Shown here piece by piece: positions 1 to 9,324 of a stretch of 64,000 nt of DNA. The DNA lies in the NCBI GenBank assembly GCA_934119965.1, contig CAKOTA010000005.1:12939-76938 (forward strand), in the 5' to 3' direction. Made by a program: the position numbers and the translations under genes. Within the stretch, counting starts at the first letter, position 1. Each line of letters begins with the position of its first letter. The notes under the pieces were generated by a model. The model was given only the letters and a program-made list of their open reading frames with translations. It had not been told where the DNA came from and did not search any database. Origin of the DNA: an uncultured Bacilli bacterium (lineage in GTDB: Bacteria; Bacillota_I; Bacilli_A; RF39; UBA660).

Positions 1-969
1 AAACATTTATCTTTATTGTTCCATTTTTTTCAATTGATTCTACACTATTTTTAATTAAATTAACTAGAACTTGTTTCAATCTATTATAGTCTGCTTCAAT
101 ATATAATTCATCTATATCAGTACAAATAAACTCGATATTTTTACTTTTTAAAATCATACTAAAATTATTTTTTATGTCTTCTAAAAGAAATCCTAAATCC
201 ATTTCTTCTTTTTCTATTTTAATTTTTGTTATGCTTAAGAAATCTTCTAATAGCATTAAAACTCTATTTATTTCTTCTCTTATTATTGGAATATATTTAT
301 TTGAATGTTCAATATTATTAACATCATACATATCTAAATAACCCTTTACTACTGCAATTGGATTTTTAATTTCATGAGTTATTTTAAATAATGAGTCTTT
401 TGATTCTTTATCCTCTTCGAAATTTTGTAATGATCTATACAATGAACAGATAGATTCTGTATTTTTGAATAAACTAATTAAAAATTTTGTTATTATATAA
501 GATACAAGAATTACAATTCCTAAAATTACAATGTTATTTTTATTAATGTACATACTATAAAATATCAAACTTCTTAAAATTAGTGAAATACTAATAAAAT
601 CAATCTTTTTATCTTCTATTATATTCAAAATATAAACTAAATAACTTAATATTAAAAAGATTAAATTAATATCAAATCGATTATTATAGTAATATAATAA
701 CAATATTAAAATTGTAATTATACTAAATTTTCTTTTTTTTATACAGGCTATTACAAATGGAATATCAAATAAAATTAATGGTATATCTTCATAAACTGTG
801 TAACCATATTTTAATGATAAATACACTGATGATATTAAAGCTACATCCAAAATCAATTCATTTCTTTTTTTATTAAATGTTTTTGTAAAAAACAAATAAA
901 CTATATAACATAAAATTGGAAATACAATTAGTGAAACATCTAAAACAATTATTTCAAATAAATTCAATT
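1..969 (-). CDS. Sensor histidine kinase, partial (C-terminal catalytic part lies beyond window start)
   Basis: The reverse-strand ORF is open to position 1, so it is not in the ORF track. Translation gives a polytopic N-terminal membrane domain followed by the HisKA phospho-acceptor motif H-E-I-K-N-P-I. A TTG start lies near 969. Confidence 0.6.
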
Positions 970-1040
970 TATCACCTTCCGACAAAATTATACAATTTAT
1001 TTATGTCATTTTTTGTCGAAAAAAAGCATTTTTAAATGCT

Positions 1041-1355
1041 TTATTTTAATTCATCTATGTATTTTTTTAATTGTTTTGCTTCTTCGCCAATTATAATTTT
1101 TAATTGATTATCAATTTCAACTATACCTTGAGCTCCCATTTTTTGAATTCCTTCTTTATTTACTATTTCAACATTCTTTAGAGTTACAATAAATCTTGAT
1201 TTAGAAAACTCATATTCTAAGATATTATCTTTTCCTCCCAAGTAAGTAACTAATTTATTAACATCCATTTTAAAATCTTTTTTCTTTGACTTTATAATTG
1301 CAAATGCTATTAAAAGTGCAACCACAATTATTATTAAATATTGTATATATTCCAT
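1041..1355 (-). CDS. Membrane-anchored PTS EIIB-like domain protein (degenerate active site)
   Basis: An N-terminal TM helix is followed by a glucose-type PTS EIIB fold signature (LVTYLGGKDNI...KMGAQGIVEIDNQLKIIIGEEAKQL). The phosphorylatable Cys of the CxTRLR motif is replaced (FSKSRF). Confidence 0.45.
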   Translation of the reverse strand: MEYIQYLIIIVVALLIAFAIIKSKKKDFKMDVNKLVTYLGGKDNILEYEFSKSRFIVTLKNVEIVNKEGIQKMGAQGIVEIDNQLKIIIGEEAKQLKKYIDELK

Positions 1356-1467
1356 ATTATCACCTAGTAATAATAATACTATAAATTAACAGATATTGCA
1401 AGTTTAAAAAAAATATCATCATATGTCGTTTTTGTTGAAATGATATATGATTTATTATAATATTTAA

Positions 1468-2595
1468 ATGGTGAATAATATGAATAAAAAAATTATGTCT
1501 AATTATAATAAACAATTATATGTTTTTTTAAGTTTGTTTATTATTATAAGTTTAGTTTCAATATATAGTGCTGAAACTATTTTAAGTTATAATAATCATT
1601 TTTTCATTAAACAAATTATCTGGTATTCTCTAGGAATTGTTTTAATTTTTTTATTAACCAAAATAGATAATAAAATTATATATAAGTATTCTATTTATTT
1701 ATATATTCTTGGCAATATCTTATTATTACTACTTTTATTTTTTGGAAATGAAGTTAATAATGCTAGGTGTTGGTTTATGATTCCATATATTGGTTCTTTC
1801 CAGCCTAGTGAATTTATGAAAATAATTTTAATCATTGTTCTTTCTAAAACAACAAGTGAATTCAATCAAAAGTATAACTCACCTACTATTAAAGAAGAAT
1901 TTATTTTTTTACTTAAAATATTAGGGATAGTTGCTATTCCTAGCATTTTGACTTTCTTGGAACCGGATACAGGTGTAGTTTTAATTTATGCTTTAATCAC
2001 TATTTTCATTTTATTTATATCTGGTATTAGAATTAGATGGTTTGTATTACTTTTTTCAGCTATTATTTTATCTATAGGTATTATCTTAGGAATTTATTTC
2101 TTAAATAAAGACTTATTTATTAAAATATTAGGAACTGATTTTTTCTTAAGAGTTGATCGTCTATTAGATTGGTCAAATAAATCAGGATATCAATTAGAAA
2201 ATGGTTTAATTGCTATTGGATCTGGAGGACTACTAGGACATGGTTTTAATCATACTCCAATATATTTTCCCGAACCACAAACCGATTTTATATTTGCTGT
2301 TTTTTCTAGTAATTTTGGATTTATTGGTTCATTAATTTTATTAATATTAATCCTATTTTTTGACTTGAATTTAATCAATCTAGCTAAAAGCAGTAATTTA
2401 ATTAATAAATATATAATTGCTGGAATACTGGGTATGTTAGTATATCAACAATTTCAAAATATCGGAATGACTTTAGGAATTATACCTATAACAGGAATTA
2501 CTCTGCCTTTTATCAGTTATGGTGGATCTAGTTTACTTAGTTATATGATTATTGTCGCACTTACTTTAAATATAAGTAAAGAAAAAATAAGCTAA
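1468..2595 (+). CDS. SEDS family peptidoglycan glycosyltransferase (FtsW/RodA/SpoVE)
   Basis: The protein is 375 aa and polytopic. SEDS motifs are present: PSEFMKI, GSGGLLGHGF, TDFIFA and PFISYGGSS. Confidence 0.85.
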   Translation: MVNNMNKKIMSNYNKQLYVFLSLFIIISLVSIYSAETILSYNNHFFIKQIIWYSLGIVLIFLLTKIDNKIIYKYSIYLYILGNILLLLLLFFGNEVNNARCWFMIPYIGSFQPSEFMKIILIIVLSKTTSEFNQKYNSPTIKEEFIFLLKILGIVAIPSILTFLEPDTGVVLIYALITIFILFISGIRIRWFVLLFSAIILSIGIILGIYFLNKDLFIKILGTDFFLRVDRLLDWSNKSGYQLENGLIAIGSGGLLGHGFNHTPIYFPEPQTDFIFAVFSSNFGFIGSLILLILILFFDLNLINLAKSSNLINKYIIAGILGMLVYQQFQNIGMTLGIIPITGITLPFISYGGSSLLSYMIIVALTLNISKEKIS

Positions 2596-2598
2596 CGC

Positions 2599-2964
2599 TT
2601 ATTCACAATCTCCAAAATTAAAATCATCATATTGACCATAAGCATCAACAGTAATTGATACTTTTTGATTCAAATCAATTGTTCCTCCTGTTTCAACATC
2701 AGTTAATGGTGTTTTTAAATAATTGGCATTTACTAATTCTTGTAATTTTATACAATAAGTATTTCCAGCTATTTTAGGATAACTTTCAACATTTTCATTC
2801 AAATATAAATCGGTTGCAGAATAAATCATATTTTTCATTGTATTACTTAGTTCTTCTTTTTTATTATTCACTTGATTTAACAAATTAGGAAGTATTATTA
2901 GCGTCATAAGAGCTAGTATTCCTATTACTGCTATCATTTCCATAAGTGTAAATCCTTTTTTCAT
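2599..2964 (-). CDS. Prepilin-type N-terminal cleavage/methylation domain protein (ComGC-like pseudopilin)
   Basis: The N-terminus MKKGFTLMEMIAVIGILAL matches the class III signal peptide motif G-F-T-L-x-E. Total length is 121 aa. Confidence 0.55.
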   Translation of the reverse strand: MKKGFTLMEMIAVIGILALMTLIILPNLLNQVNNKKEELSNTMKNMIYSATDLYLNENVESYPKIAGNTYCIKLQELVNANYLKTPLTDVETGGTIDLNQKVSITVDAYGQYDDFNFGDCE

Positions 2965-3009
2965 ATCATCACCTATTATAATTATAACTTTTTAATTAAA
3001 AAAAAGCAA

Positions 3010-3195
3010 CTATTTGCTTTCTTCCTTAGTTACTACTTCTTTGTTTTTATAAGTTCCACATTCTTTACAAACTCTATGTGGTTTTTTTGTTGCACCACAT
3101 TTTGGACAAGTTGTAGTAGCATTTTCACTTATTTTGTAATGAGTTCTTCTCATTCTACCTCTAGTTTTAGATACTTTTCTAAATGGTACTGCCAT
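3010..3195 (-). CDS. rpmF: 50S ribosomal protein L32
   Basis: The N-terminus is [19 protein letters not shown] and two CxxC pairs are present, consistent with L32. Confidence 0.9.
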   Translation of the reverse strand: MAVPFRKVSKTRGRMRRTHYKISENATTTCPKCGATKKPHRVCKECGTYKNKEVVTKEESK

Positions 3196-3211
3196 ATTAA
3201 CACCTCTCTTT

Positions 3212-3697
3212 TCATTTTAATAAATCTTTTAATTTTTCTAGTTCTGGATTTGTTGAAGTTTCTTCATATTTATCAATCAACTTCCAACCATCCCCTTCCA
3301 GTTTAATGTTTTCATTTTTTTCATTAACTATACGAATGGGAATTTCCATTAATATATTTTCCCATATTATTGGAAAAATATCAATAGTAAATTCGGTTTT
3401 TTTTGAAGTTTCGCCAATTTCTTCCAATAATTCATCAATATTTCCGGCTATTTCAGTATTAAAGTGATAATTTGTTCTTTCTAATGTAATTGAGTCAGGT
3501 AAAATCATATCACCTTCAACATTAACATTTAGTTCATAATCATTATCACCAATTTCTGAAATACTACCCTTTACTGTTACATTGTTTAATTCAATTATAT
3601 TTGTTTTTTCTAACAATTCTTCACTAATTTCTAATTTTTCATCTATTTCAATACTGAATACATTTTGATTTTTGAGTTTTGTTATATCTATTATCAT
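3212..3697 (-). CDS. YceD/DUF177 family protein
   Basis: A 161-aa acidic protein sits immediately upstream of rpmF, which is the conserved yceD-rpmF arrangement. Confidence 0.7.
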   Translation of the reverse strand: MIIDITKLKNQNVFSIEIDEKLEISEELLEKTNIIELNNVTVKGSISEIGDNDYELNVNVEGDMILPDSITLERTNYHFNTEIAGNIDELLEEIGETSKKTEFTIDIFPIIWENILMEIPIRIVNEKNENIKLEGDGWKLIDKYEETSTNPELEKLKDLLK

Positions 3698-3883
3698 TTA
3701 GTGCCTCCTATATCTAATTGTATCATTTTCTACTTTTTCTTGTTCATAACTATTTTTTACAAAAAATTGACCAAAAAATTTAATAAATTGTTCATCTTTT
3801 AAAAAATCATATTTACATTTTCTATGAATCTCATTTGTTGAATTATATGAGACTATTTTCAATTTAGATAGTGATATTTCCAT
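3698..3883 (-). CDS. Hypothetical small protein
   Basis: A 61-aa ORF abuts yceD with no recognizable motif. Confidence 0.25.
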   Translation of the reverse strand: MEISLSKLKIVSYNSTNEIHRKCKYDFLKDEQFIKFFGQFFVKNSYEQEKVENDTIRYRRH

Positions 3884-3962
3884 AATTACACCTACTCTTA
3901 CATTTTAGCACACTTTCCTATATTTTTCAATTGAAATGTGCTAAAATATAGATGGTGATAGT

Positions 3963-5114
3963 ATGAAGAGTGTTGGAATAATTTGTGAGTATAATCCTTT
4001 TCATAATGGTCATTTATATCATTTAAATAAAGTTAAAGAAATGTTTCCTGATTATACTATAATTTTGGTAATGAGTGGAAATTTTACTGAACGTGGTGAT
4101 ATGAGTATCATTAATAAGTGGGATAAAACCGATATTGCTTTGCATTATGGTGTTGATTTAGTTATTGAATTACCTTTTGTTTTTGCTAGTCAAAGCGCTG
4201 ATATATTTGCTAGAGGAAGCATTCAAATTTTAAATAGTTTAAATGTTGATTATTTAGTTTTTGGTAGTGAATCAAATGATTTAAGTAAGTTAATAGAAAT
4301 GGCTAAAATTCAATTAGATAATAAAAAATATAATTCATTAGTTAAAGATTATATGAGTGAAGGAATTAATTATCCAACTGCCCTATCCAAAGCATTATAT
4401 GATTTAACAGGAAAAAAAATTATTAAACCAAACGATATACTAGGTGTTACATATATACGAGAAATATTAAAATTAAACAGTAAAATTAAGCCTATTACGA
4501 TTAAACGAAATGATAATTACAATTGCACAGAATTAGAAGATTTTATGAGTAGTGCAACAAGTATTAGATATGCTTTAAAAAACAATTCTGATGTGTCTAA
4601 ACAAGTCCCTGAATATGTTTTACCATTCTTAAATAAATTGCATTTCATTGATGATTATTTTGGAATTTTAAAATATAATATTTTAAATAATATGGATTCT
4701 TTAGATAAATTTCAAACTGTTGATGAAGGTATTGACAACAGAATTAAGAAATACATAATCAATTCTAAAAGTTTAGATGAATTAATTTTAAAAATTAAAA
4801 CCAAAAGATATACTTATAATAAATTAAATAGAATGTTTACGCATATATTGTGTAACTTTACCAAAGAAGAAGCTAGTCTATTCAAAGATATAGAATATAT
4901 AAGAGTTTTAGGGTTCAGTAATAATGGTAGACTATATCTAAATAATATTAAAAAAGATGTCGATATACCTATAATTACAAATTTTTCTAGCATTAAAAGT
5001 AAAATGTTAGATGTAGAATTCAGAACTACATGTGTTTATGCTTGTTTATTAGAAGAAAAAGAAAAAATTAATCTAATTGAAAGTGAATATAAAAATTCAC
5101 CAATAATGAGATAA
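3963..5114 (+). CDS. tmcAL: tRNA(Met) cytidine acetate ligase TmcAL (YlbM/UPF0348 nucleotidyltransferase)
   Basis: The N-terminal HxGH-like nucleotidyltransferase signature CEYNPFHNGHLYHL and the overall YlbM-like sequence support TmcAL. An 8-bp inverted repeat TTAGCACA/TGTGCTAA overlaps the upstream extended -10. Confidence 0.8.
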   Translation: MKSVGIICEYNPFHNGHLYHLNKVKEMFPDYTIILVMSGNFTERGDMSIINKWDKTDIALHYGVDLVIELPFVFASQSADIFARGSIQILNSLNVDYLVFGSESNDLSKLIEMAKIQLDNKKYNSLVKDYMSEGINYPTALSKALYDLTGKKIIKPNDILGVTYIREILKLNSKIKPITIKRNDNYNCTELEDFMSSATSIRYALKNNSDVSKQVPEYVLPFLNKLHFIDDYFGILKYNILNNMDSLDKFQTVDEGIDNRIKKYIINSKSLDELILKIKTKRYTYNKLNRMFTHILCNFTKEEASLFKDIEYIRVLGFSNNGRLYLNNIKKDVDIPIITNFSSIKSKMLDVEFRTTCVYACLLEEKEKINLIESEYKNSPIMR

Positions 5115-5137
5115 AAAAAATAACTGAAAAGTTATTT

Positions 5138-6910
5138 TTAATTTTTTCTAATGAACCAAGTTTTTTTGATATCACAACTATCACTTGATGGTTGTGGGTT
5201 TGGTAAATCAAATTTTACTAATACAGGTACCTTAAAAGCTGTTCCAAATGCTATACAATTTCCTGGTTGTAATATTCTTAATTTTTTAACTACATCATTT
5301 GTAATATTAGGTACCATTAATTTAATATATTCAACATCTGTTGGATGTAACATTTTAAATATTAAGAAATTACTACATTGTGATAGTGCTGTTTCTGATA
5401 ATTCAGAAGGTCGTTGAGAAATTAATCCTAATAAAACTCCATATTTTCTTCCTTCTTTTGTTATTCGTTCAAATATATTGTAACCTAATAGATATTTATC
5501 ATTGTCATTTTGGACATATCTATGTGCTTCTTCTAATACTATATGAAATGGTAAACTAGCTCTATTTTTCATATTTTTAGCATAATCAAATAATAGTTTT
5601 GAATATATCTTTGTTATATTTTTGGCTAATCTATCATCTATATAATTGATATTAAAATTAATTATTTGAGCTTTTCCACCTGTTGGTGCTGTTAACAATT
5701 GTTTTATATATGAATCTCTATCAATATATTCAGGATAATCAAAATATACATTATTATCGCTATTAACTAATGAATGAAGTCTTACCCTTAAAACATTTGT
5801 ATCATCATATGTCTTTTCACTTTTTAATGTTCCCTCAGATATTAACGCAAAATCAAAGGCATCTTGTAAATCTTTCAAAGTAAATTTAAAACTTCCGTCA
5901 GGTAAAGACATTTCATATCCTTCTGCTAAATATTTTTCCATAAATGTCATTACCAATTCCATATCTCTCATTTTTCCTGAGGCGTCTATTAATAAACATT
6001 GTTTAATTGGTCGGCTATAACCTGGTTGATATATTATTGTTTCTAGATTAAGCTCAGATGTTTTATATGAGGACAATACTGATATTATTTGATCTCTTAT
6101 TTGTGAAGATGGTCTGCCACTAGATAATATATCAATAATGGCTCTAGCTATAATATCATTTTTAATTTTTATTACTTCTGATTCTTCCCTCGCAAATATA
6201 TTTACTAGTTTTAGGGCTTTTTCTATTATAGGCAATTGTGAATGATTTTCTACACCTAATAATAGAGCTATATCGTCTACACCTAATAACCATAAGGGAA
6301 TTCTAAGTAATTCACTATCAGTTATGCCTGTTTGTGTAGTATATTTTTTGAAATTTATTTGCGGTACTATTTTATTTAAATTACTAAATGCTGTATGATA
6401 TTCTCCATAGGCGTCAAATATAAATATACTGGCTTTATATGGAATAGCATTTCTTTTAGCAAATAGATTTTGAAATATTCTTGCTACACTACAAGATTTA
6501 CCACTTCCAGTAGAACCAAATATAGCAAAATGCGAATCAAAGAAAGAATCTATATCTACAGCAATATCAATATCTTTATATATTGGACTTTTACCAATAT
6601 ATAAATGACTTGCTTCATCATAATTTTCAACACTTATGATTTTTGAAACATCAGATGGATCTATTAATGTTACTTTAGAGGCAAATGATGGTCTTCTAAT
6701 AACACCAAATACAAATTCATTGTTTATTAGTTCTCCTAATAGATTTATATGCGCAATGCCATCATTTAAATCAGTGATTTCACCTACTATTTTACCGTCT
6801 GGATCATCTAATATAACATGTAAACTTATTAAATTTTTACTTTTTAGTATATCTTCTTTTACTTGAACATAAACAATATTTTCTTCAATTCCTATTACCT
6901 TACCTATCAT
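5138..6910 (-). CDS. HerA/FtsK-superfamily ATPase (HAS-barrel + DUF87-like P-loop)
   Basis: The N-terminal HAS-barrel-like beta region (MIGKVIGIEENIVYV...) is followed by Walker A FGSTGSGKS and a Walker B/DExx-like HIVLEEAHRY. The likely true start is the ATG at 6910 with RBS AGGAGTGATATT, downstream of the track start at 7003. Confidence 0.65.
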   Translation of the reverse strand: MIGKVIGIEENIVYVQVKEDILKSKNLISLHVILDDPDGKIVGEITDLNDGIAHINLLGELINNEFVFGVIRRPSFASKVTLIDPSDVSKIISVENYDEASHLYIGKSPIYKDIDIAVDIDSFFDSHFAIFGSTGSGKSCSVARIFQNLFAKRNAIPYKASIFIFDAYGEYHTAFSNLNKIVPQINFKKYTTQTGITDSELLRIPLWLLGVDDIALLLGVENHSQLPIIEKALKLVNIFAREESEVIKIKNDIIARAIIDILSSGRPSSQIRDQIISVLSSYKTSELNLETIIYQPGYSRPIKQCLLIDASGKMRDMELVMTFMEKYLAEGYEMSLPDGSFKFTLKDLQDAFDFALISEGTLKSEKTYDDTNVLRVRLHSLVNSDNNVYFDYPEYIDRDSYIKQLLTAPTGGKAQIINFNINYIDDRLAKNITKIYSKLLFDYAKNMKNRASLPFHIVLEEAHRYVQNDNDKYLLGYNIFERITKEGRKYGVLLGLISQRPSELSETALSQCSNFLIFKMLHPTDVEYIKLMVPNITNDVVKKLRILQPGNCIAFGTAFKVPVLVKFDLPNPQPSSDSCDIKKTWFIRKN

Positions 6911-6980
6911 AATATCACTCCTATTATTGTTATTATACCTTTTTTTAGATAAAAAAAAAAGTATTTTAGAAAAATACTTC

Positions 6981-7229
6981 TTATTTTCTTTTAATCTTTT
7001 CAATTTTATTTTTTAAATATGTATTTAATACTGGTCTAAATATTATCAATAACAATGTTCCTAGTATAATAAATGTCAACATTTCAATAATATAATTATC
7101 TATTAATATTGATAATATTAAAGATACCGCAGCACTTATTGCATACCATATTGTAGCAATATTACTAGTCATAAATTCACCAATTAACAATAAAATAATT
7201 GTTATTATCCATATATACATATACATCAC
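6981..7229 (-). CDS. Small two-TM membrane protein
   Basis: An 82-aa hydrophobic ORF lies directly upstream of the HerA-like gene on the same strand. Confidence 0.4.
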   Translation of the reverse strand: MMYMYIWIITIILLLIGEFMTSNIATIWYAISAAVSLILSILIDNYIIEMLTFIILGTLLLIIFRPVLNTYLKNKIEKIKRK

Positions 7230-7285
7230 CTATCTCGATTATACTATTTTTTTTAACAGAAAAAAAGATTTTTCACAAATCTTTT

Positions 7286-8590
7286 TTATTTAGTTTTAGA
7301 AACTTCTGGTTCTTCCAAATTCATTTGACTCGAAATTTGGAAATTTCTACCAAGTTCTCTAGTCATTGTAGCTAATGTAACTTTATAATCTTCTATTTTA
7401 GATTCATAATTTGCTATTCTACCATCTTTTTCAGCTATAGAAGTATTTAATTCTTGAATATTTTTATCACGAGTTGAAATTTCTTGATTTTTTCTTTCTA
7501 TTTCTTCTTTTAATGCCTTAATTTCTGCATCTTTTGAATCAATTGTTCTATTTTTTTCTTCTACAGTATTTAAAGATTGTTCATAGTGTGCCTTATATTG
7601 ATCTCTGTCTTTTTCTACTATTGCCTTTTCATCTAATACTCTTTGAGTATTATTGTTAGCATTATTAATTGCCTCTTTTGACACAGCAGTTATTTCCTCT
7701 ACTTGTCTATTAGCATATTTTTCTGTTTCAACCATAATTTTACTTACAATTGTTCCAAATTCTTTGCTAAAGTTTTCTGTATATTCATTTTGAATATTAG
7801 TTATACTATTTTTATAATCGTTTTGAATATTCATCATAACTTCTTCTTCAGGATCTTTTTGTTCAACTAAAGTAACTGGCTCTTCTTGAACTGGTGTTTC
7901 GGCTTTAGTTTCTACTGGTTCTTCTGGAATTTCTACTGGTTTTAATTCTTCGGTAGTATAATTATTGTCATAATTATCTGATTCTAATTCCTCTTTTGTT
8001 GCTTCTTCGATAGCTTGTTCGTAATCAATTGGTTTGATTTCTTCTTCACTTTCTACTGGTAATTCACTAGTTTCATTTGATTCCATTGGTAATTCAACGT
8101 CTGGTAATTCTTTTTCTTCCTCAGAATCAGCATCTTTAGGTATACTTGAATCATATTCATTTTCTTCTTGTTCAACATCATTTAATTCTTCTCTTGAATA
8201 TTTTTCTGACATAGCATCTTCTAGTTTTGAATTAACCTTTTCTTGTTGTTCTTTCAAAACATCTAAACCGCCTTGCATTTCAGATGCTAGAGAAAGAGAT
8301 TCATATGGAGTTAGAACTTCTTCTTTTCTATCATATTCGTCATTGATTTTTTTAACTGCTTTTTCTATAGTAATATTTTCGTTATTTAAAAATGCAATAT
8401 ACCCGTCTAAAGTTTCATCACTTAGTTTTTCTAAATCACGATTAGATTTAAAGATAATTATGTTTTTTATATATCTAAAGAATGTTTTAATTTTTGTAAT
8501 TAATGATGTTTTACCTTTACTTTTTCTGCTATCTTCTACTACATATGAACTATTATTTAAAGAAGATATTTTTATTTTTCCCATATTCAT
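7286..8590 (-). CDS. Hypothetical protein with acidic low-complexity linker and C-terminal coiled coil
   Basis: The 434-aa protein has a long E/D/P-rich central region and heptad-like C-terminal repeats. It follows the DUF1292 gene. Confidence 0.45.
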   Translation of the reverse strand: MNMGKIKISSLNNSSYVVEDSRKSKGKTSLITKIKTFFRYIKNIIIFKSNRDLEKLSDETLDGYIAFLNNENITIEKAVKKINDEYDRKEEVLTPYESLSLASEMQGGLDVLKEQQEKVNSKLEDAMSEKYSREELNDVEQEENEYDSSIPKDADSEEEKELPDVELPMESNETSELPVESEEEIKPIDYEQAIEEATKEELESDNYDNNYTTEELKPVEIPEEPVETKAETPVQEEPVTLVEQKDPEEEVMMNIQNDYKNSITNIQNEYTENFSKEFGTIVSKIMVETEKYANRQVEEITAVSKEAINNANNNTQRVLDEKAIVEKDRDQYKAHYEQSLNTVEEKNRTIDSKDAEIKALKEEIERKNQEISTRDKNIQELNTSIAEKDGRIANYESKIEDYKVTLATMTRELGRNFQISSQMNLEEPEVSKTK

Positions 8591-8596
8591 TTTGAA

Positions 8597-8863
8597 TTAC
8601 TCCTTCCAATCAACGACAATTTTTTTCATAATATTTTTAATCATTGTCCATTCTTCTTCTGTATCTATATTTTTAAATGTTGGTTGTTCACTTGATTCAT
8701 CAACTACTGAAGAATAAAGTGCTATCATACCAGTTTCGTCAGTTTCATTAAAAGTATATATTACATATTTTTTACCAGTCTCCTCAGATTCAAAGCATAA
8801 TACTACTTCTGCTTCTCTTTCTACACCATTTTTATCTGTAGTTTTTATTATTTCTTTATTCAT
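8597..8863 (-). CDS. DUF1292 (YrzB-like) family protein
   Basis: The 88-aa acidic protein has a VEREAEVVLCFESEETGKKYVIYT pattern typical of DUF1292. A consensus promoter (TTGATA-17-TATAAT) lies upstream at ~8895-8925. Confidence 0.6.
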   Translation of the reverse strand: MNKEIIKTTDKNGVEREAEVVLCFESEETGKKYVIYTFNETDETGMIALYSSVVDESSEQPTFKNIDTEEEWTMIKNIMKKIVVDWKE

Positions 8864-8949
8864 ACTTTCCTCCTATGGTTATTTTACTATTACAATTATA
8901 GCATAGTGTAAAGTGAATATCAACTAATTTTTGACAAAAAAAAGAGTTT

Positions 8950-9324
8950 TTAACTCTTATTACATTCATTACAAATTCCATCTATTTCTATTTTATGGTT
9001 TAGTATTTTAAACCCCTTCTCTTCAATATTTTCTATTGGACATATTTCTATTTCTTCTTTCTTATGGCATTTGATACATTTAATATAATGAATATGATTT
9101 TCCTTTATCCGAAAATATATCTCATCATTATAATTTAGGTTTTTTTCAATTACATTTTTTTCTAGTAATAATTCAATTATTCGATACATTGTTGAATTAT
9201 CTATTTTTATTTTATTTGAAATATTTTTTATTGTGGCATTATCATCTAATTCATTAATTAAATTTAATACTTCTAATCTTTGCTTTGTTACTTTTAAGTT
9301 ATTTTTTCTTAACAGTTCTTCCAT
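8950..9324 (-). CDS. Fur-family metalloregulator (Zur/PerR-like)
   Basis: The N-terminal winged helix (KVTKQRLEVLNLI) and C-terminal CxxC...CxxC structural Zn site are Fur-family features. The gene overlaps the upstream transporter-like gene by 1 nt. Confidence 0.8.
   Translation of the reverse strand: MEELLRKNNLKVTKQRLEVLNLINELDDNATIKNISNKIKIDNSTMYRIIELLLEKNVIEKNLNYNDEIYFRIKENHIHYIKCIKCHKKEEIEICPIENIEEKGFKILNHKIEIDGICNECNKS

Noticed and set aside
3076-3306. Track ORF on the strand opposite rpmF/yceD. There are many similar antisense ORFs, for example 5151-5417, 6636-6866, 8034-8717, 9349-9726, 14184-14393, 14479-14748, 18158-18391, 18497-18739, 19679-19909, 20488-20808, 20660-20845, 22402-22626, 26248-26490, 29973-30206, 32014-32310, 32848-33051, 33805-33999, 36943-37209, 39971-40195, 40250-40453, 49325-49540, 53019-53387, 53815-54087, 54488-54697, 58562-58789 and 60342-60527.
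   Set aside because: They lie entirely inside well-supported genes on the other strand. They have low-complexity Ser/Phe/Leu/Ile composition typical of antisense frames in AT-rich DNA, and no RBS.
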